Below, piece after piece: positions 60,505-64,000 of a stretch of 64,000 nt of DNA. The position numbers and the translations under genes were made by a program. The notes under the pieces were generated by a model, which ran no database searches, was not told the origin of the DNA, and worked only from the letters and a program-made list of their open reading frames with translations. This DNA is from Elusimicrobiota bacterium. GTDB taxonomy: Bacteria; Elusimicrobiota; Elusimicrobia; Elusimicrobiales; UBA9959. Where the stretch lies: the NCBI GenBank assembly GCA_037137395.1, contig JBAXKK010000002.1:1-64000 (forward strand), written 5' to 3'. How positions within the stretch are numbered: position 1 is the first letter of the stretch; the number at the start of each line of letters is the position of its first letter.

Positions 60505-61286
60505 ATGAAAACCAGATTTATCGCGTTGCTTTCGGATTTCGGCACCAACGGCCCTTATGTCGGGGCGATGAAAGGAGTTATTCTCTCAAAAGCTCCGTCG
60601 TTGAAGATCATAGATATCACGCATCAGATACCACCGCAGGACATACACACGGCCGCTTTTTATCTTATGGCGTCAATGCCTTATATGCCTAAAGGCACGC
60701 TTTTTATAACGGTAGTGGACCCGACGGTCGGCACCGGGCGGGGCATACTATGGGCCAAGACGAAGAATTATCAGTTCATAGCCCCCGACAACGGCATTTT
60801 AAGCTGGGTGGAGGAGCATGAAAAAATAGAGGAAACCCGCTTTATAAATAACTCGAACCTCTTCATGCCGCATATCAGTTCAACCTTCCACGGACGGGAC
60901 ATCATGGCCCCCGTGGCGGCAGCCATAGCCAGAGGTCTTCCGGAAAAAAAGATAGGGCCTATATTGGAAGATTACAGAAAATTTCCTTTTCAGCGCCCTG
61001 AAAAGACCGGGAACCGCGTCATGGGCCACATAATAGCATTGGACCATTTTGGCAACGCAATAACCAATATAACGCAGCAGTATGTAAACGCCGGTCTATT
61101 TTCACGGTATCGGACAGGATTATCACAGGGCTCAAACTCACTTACGCGTCCGTGACAGAAGGCGAACCACTGGCTTTGATCGGCTCGTTCGGCTTCCTGG
61201 AATTTTCCATCAGGAACGGGAATTTCGCCCAGACTTTCGGCGTAAAACCAGGCAGCGAAGTAGAAGTTATAACCTCACTGGAATAA
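60505..61286 (+). pseudogene. SAM hydroxide adenosyltransferase (DUF62) family gene with a -1 frameshift (possible sequencing error)
   Basis: LSDFG, VVDPTVGT, APDNG, STFHGRD and DHFGNAITN motifs; the C-terminus TYASV...LIGSFGFLEFSIRNGN continues in another frame from about 61092 to the stop at 61286. Confidence 0.8.
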
Positions 61287-61307
61287 CTAAAAAAGGACAC
61301 ATAATAT

Positions 61308-62498
61308 ATGCAAAAATCCACTCTCAAGACTCTTAAACTCAAGTTCTCCGGCGAACGGCGTCTCAAGCAGGGACACCCCTGGATATTTTCCAACGAACTT
61401 GAGAAGATAGACAATACTATTACGCCCGGCGAGATCTGCAGCGTAATGCTTAATTCGGGCGCGCCCGCCGGCATCGGTTTTTTCAATCCCCACAGCCTGA
61501 TCGCGGTCCGGCTTCTTAAAACCGGGTCACTGGAACTGGAGCAGGATTTTGTCCTAAGCCGGCTCAAAAAAGCGATGGAGTACCGCAAATCTATCGGGGT
61601 TATAGAGAACGGGCGGATGTTTTTCGGGGAATCGGACGGCCTGCCGGGCCTAGTGGTCGATAAATACGCGGATATCCTGGTGGTGGAGATAATCTCCGCC
61701 GGCACCGAACTGCTGAAGGACGAAATAACAAAACACCTGCGCTCGCTTTACAAACCCCGCGGCATCTTTTACCGCAACACGCACGAGTTCCGAAATCTCG
61801 AGGGACTTAAGCTTTACACGGAAACAGCTTACGGAGATGTCCCGGCGTCCGTCCAGATAACGGAAGACGGACTTAAATACGATGTCCCCCTCACCTCGGG
61901 TCAGAAGACGGGCTGGTATTTCGATCAGGCGGAGAACCGGACTTTCCTGAAGCCGTATTTCAAGGGGCGAAAGGTCCTGGACCTCTACACGTATCTGGGA
62001 GCTTTCGCGCTGACGGCCGCGGCCGCCGGAGCCGAAATGGTCTGGGGCGTGGACTCATCTTCCGCCGCGGCGCAAGCCGCCGAACGCAACGCGAATCTTA
62101 ACAACCTGCAAAAAAAAGTCATATTTAAAAAAGAAGATGCAGAGCGGGTATTAAGCGGACTTGCGACCGGAGAGATGCCGGAGCAGCCTGACTTTATACT
62201 TTTGGATCCGCCGAATTTCGTCAGAAGCAAGAAGAATCTGGTCCAAGCGGCGAAGCTGCTGGTGCGCCTGAACACCAGCGCCATGGCCGGCTTACCCGCC
62301 GGAGGACTGCTGGCATTCTCTTCCTGCTCCCACCACATTTCCCGGAGCATCTTTCTGGAGATCCTCAGTGAGGCCGCCGCGAAAGCCGGACGCATGGCCG
62401 TCCTGATGGAGCTGCGGGCCCAGGCCAAAGATCATCCGATACTGCTGAATATGCCGGAAACGGAATATCTGCACTTCGCTCTGGTAAAAGTCCTGTAA
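61308..62498 (+). CDS. rlmI: RlmI-like SAM-dependent rRNA methyltransferase with PUA domain
   Basis: GHPWIFSNE, ESDGLPGLVVD, GQKTGWYFDQ, LDPP and DHP motifs. Confidence 0.85.
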   Translation: MQKSTLKTLKLKFSGERRLKQGHPWIFSNELEKIDNTITPGEICSVMLNSGAPAGIGFFNPHSLIAVRLLKTGSLELEQDFVLSRLKKAMEYRKSIGVIENGRMFFGESDGLPGLVVDKYADILVVEIISAGTELLKDEITKHLRSLYKPRGIFYRNTHEFRNLEGLKLYTETAYGDVPASVQITEDGLKYDVPLTSGQKTGWYFDQAENRTFLKPYFKGRKVLDLYTYLGAFALTAAAAGAEMVWGVDSSSAAAQAAERNANLNNLQKKVIFKKEDAERVLSGLATGEMPEQPDFILLDPPNFVRSKKNLVQAAKLLVRLNTSAMAGLPAGGLLAFSSCSHHISRSIFLEILSEAAAKAGRMAVLMELRAQAKDHPILLNMPETEYLHFALVKVL

Positions 62499-62510
62499 AT
62501 AAAAATCGGC

Positions 62511-62550
62511 AATAAAAAAACGGCGGGGAATATTCCCGCCGTTTTTTATT
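62511..62550. terminator. Bidirectional intrinsic terminator
   Basis: AAAAAAACGGCGGG...CCCGCCGTTTTTT between convergent genes. Confidence 0.85.
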
Positions 62551-62569
62551 TGACCCCTTCAAGATCCGA

Positions 62570-62941
62570 TCAATATAAGATATTTTTCACAACTTTAAGG
62601 ATTTCTTCCTTACTGGAGGGCTTGGTGATATAAGTGCTGGCACCGTATCCTATCGCCTGCCGGATTTCGGCGATGCTCCCTTCCACCGTTAGCATGACCA
62701 CAGGAATAGGTTTTGTGACCGGGTTGGACTTTATAGCCTTACAGGCCTTCAGCCCGTCCATCTTAGGCATGTGTATATCCAGCATTATAAGAGACGGCAA
62801 CTCTTTGGCCGCCATTTCAACAGCCTCTTCCCCGTCCTCCGCCCTTATGACCTTATAGCCGGAGTCTTCCAACAAAGACGCGAGACTTTCGCGCATCTCA
62901 CTATCATCATCCGCTATAAGGATCTTGTTCACGATGGGCAT
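62570..62941 (-). CDS. Single-domain response regulator (CheY-like)
   Basis: IADDD, MLDIHMPKMDG, VVMLT and YITKP motifs. Confidence 0.92.
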   Translation of the reverse strand: MPIVNKILIADDDSEMRESLASLLEDSGYKVIRAEDGEEAVEMAAKELPSLIMLDIHMPKMDGLKACKAIKSNPVTKPIPVVMLTVEGSIAEIRQAIGYGASTYITKPSSKEEILKVVKNILY

Positions 62942-63011
62942 TTATCTCCGAATCCGGCTCCCGCGCTTTTCATCAGGTGGTATTCTGGTGAGGCTTTCAG
63001 GCGTATAAAAA

Positions 63012-63083
63012 TGCCGCGAGTTGGGATCGAACCAACGACACCTGGTTTTTCAGACCAGTGCTCTACCACTGAGCTACCGCGGC
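63012..63083 (-). tRNA. tRNA-Phe (GAA)
   Basis: GCCGCGG acceptor stem, D arm GCTCAGTGGTAGAGC, anticodon arm CTGGT-CTGAAAA-ACCAG, T loop TTCGAT; CCA not encoded. Confidence 0.96.
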
Positions 63084-63159
63084 ACCTGTGGTAATTCTAC
63101 ATTGATAATATTAGCATTTTTAGCAAAAGAGATTAAGGGTTCCGGACAAAAATCTTGTT

Positions 63160-63765
63160 TCAGTCTTTGCGCATGGAGTAAAACTTCTCTTGAGAATGGG
63201 CTACAGGCATCTCGCTGACAACCCTAAAACCCCAATGCTCATATTTCTGGACATTTTCCGCGCTCTGGGTGATCAGGGTGCAGGGAAGCCCTTCTTTTTC
63301 AGCTCTAGCCAGCATGGGCCTGATAAGCAGCGAGGAGAACTTCTTGTCCCTGAACTGAGGGCGCACGGCCACCAAGTGCAGATACCACTGAGGTTTTTGG
63401 CCGAGACGCGCCGTCAACGCGGAAATTACATCGTTAACTGCCTGCATCTTTTCCATAGTCCCTGGATCCGCGAAATCTTGCGCTCTGAAGGGGTCAGAAT
63501 CAGTATCCTCCGAGTGGCCCATGCCGGGAGGGAACCAAATGCTCACCGCTTCCAGACTCGGGGATACCCCCTGTCTTACAGCCTTGGGAGAACAGGAGGT
63601 CACGAGTGAACGAAAAAATCGCTTCTTCAGGATGAGATGATCGGGTTCGTCCTGGAACATAAAATTCCCGATAGGGTCATTGGCGCCGATAAACGCGTCG
63701 ACGGTTGCGTCGGCCGCCTCATTAATCCTGCTCAATGGTACTTCGTATAGATTTGTATTAAACAT
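63160..63765 (-). CDS. GNAT family N-acetyltransferase
   Basis: WYLHLVAVRPQFR and NVQKYEHWGF motifs. Confidence 0.82.
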   Translation of the reverse strand: MFNTNLYEVPLSRINEAADATVDAFIGANDPIGNFMFQDEPDHLILKKRFFRSLVTSCSPKAVRQGVSPSLEAVSIWFPPGMGHSEDTDSDPFRAQDFADPGTMEKMQAVNDVISALTARLGQKPQWYLHLVAVRPQFRDKKFSSLLIRPMLARAEKEGLPCTLITQSAENVQKYEHWGFRVVSEMPVAHSQEKFYSMRKD

Positions 63766-64000
63766 AAGCAATTATTGTGAGAAATTAGCGCAAGCAACGA
63801 TTACACACCCCTCTCACATGAACCTCCTGACGCTAAAAAGTAGAAAGCAATTTCTTATTCCTATTGTACAAAAGTCGCAACATTTTATGGAATTTTACGG
63901 GATTCCCGCTGGCCGGGCAGATGAGGCTGAGGGAAATTGACCGTTTCAGCCTTAAACCGGGAATGCTGCTGCGGTGCGGGAAGGCGTCTTTGTTTTGTGG

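Noticed and set aside
60505..61286. Fluorinase or chlorinase
   Set aside because: The housekeeping context fits the common DUF62 SAM hydroxide adenosyltransferase; nothing supports halogenase activity.
63012..63083. tRNA-Phe as an integration site
   Set aside because: No integrase and no duplicated tRNA 3' end was seen in the window.
63895..64000. TPP or cobalamin riboswitch at the right edge
   Set aside because: A hairpin (AGGCTGA/TCAGCCT) is present but the conserved cores are incomplete and the window truncates the context.

Overview
Ordinary chromosomal DNA from a GC-rich diderm bacterium. The gene mix is reminiscent of Elusimicrobiota, but that is an impression, not a test. From left to right it contains: a small accessory block (Fic protein, OPT transporter, toxin-antitoxin pair, 10-bp tandem repeat); a self-contained PTS sugar operon (GH1, EIIA-HPr-EI fusion, EIICBB); ahcY; a six-gene hydrogenase-4-like operon whose large subunit lacks Ni-binding Cys motifs (Ehr type); two radical SAM genes; a secreted ComEC-like metallo-hydrolase preceded by tandem NrdR-box-like sites; a near-identical tandem pair of RRM genes; cell-wall enzymes; gapN, nth, lpdA and xth; an uncharacterised lipoprotein/tandem-repeat/zinc-ribbon operon followed by a MITE-like element; a carbamoyltransferase-SxtJ-SxtK-like module; the glycine cleavage operon; pyrE; an rRNA methyltransferase; and tRNA-Phe(GAA). 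Several families of short-period palindromic intergenic repeats recur. Two genes carry single-base frameshifts, possibly assembly errors. No CRISPR array, rRNA, integrase or intact transposase was seen. All calls come from motif reading only; no database searches were run.
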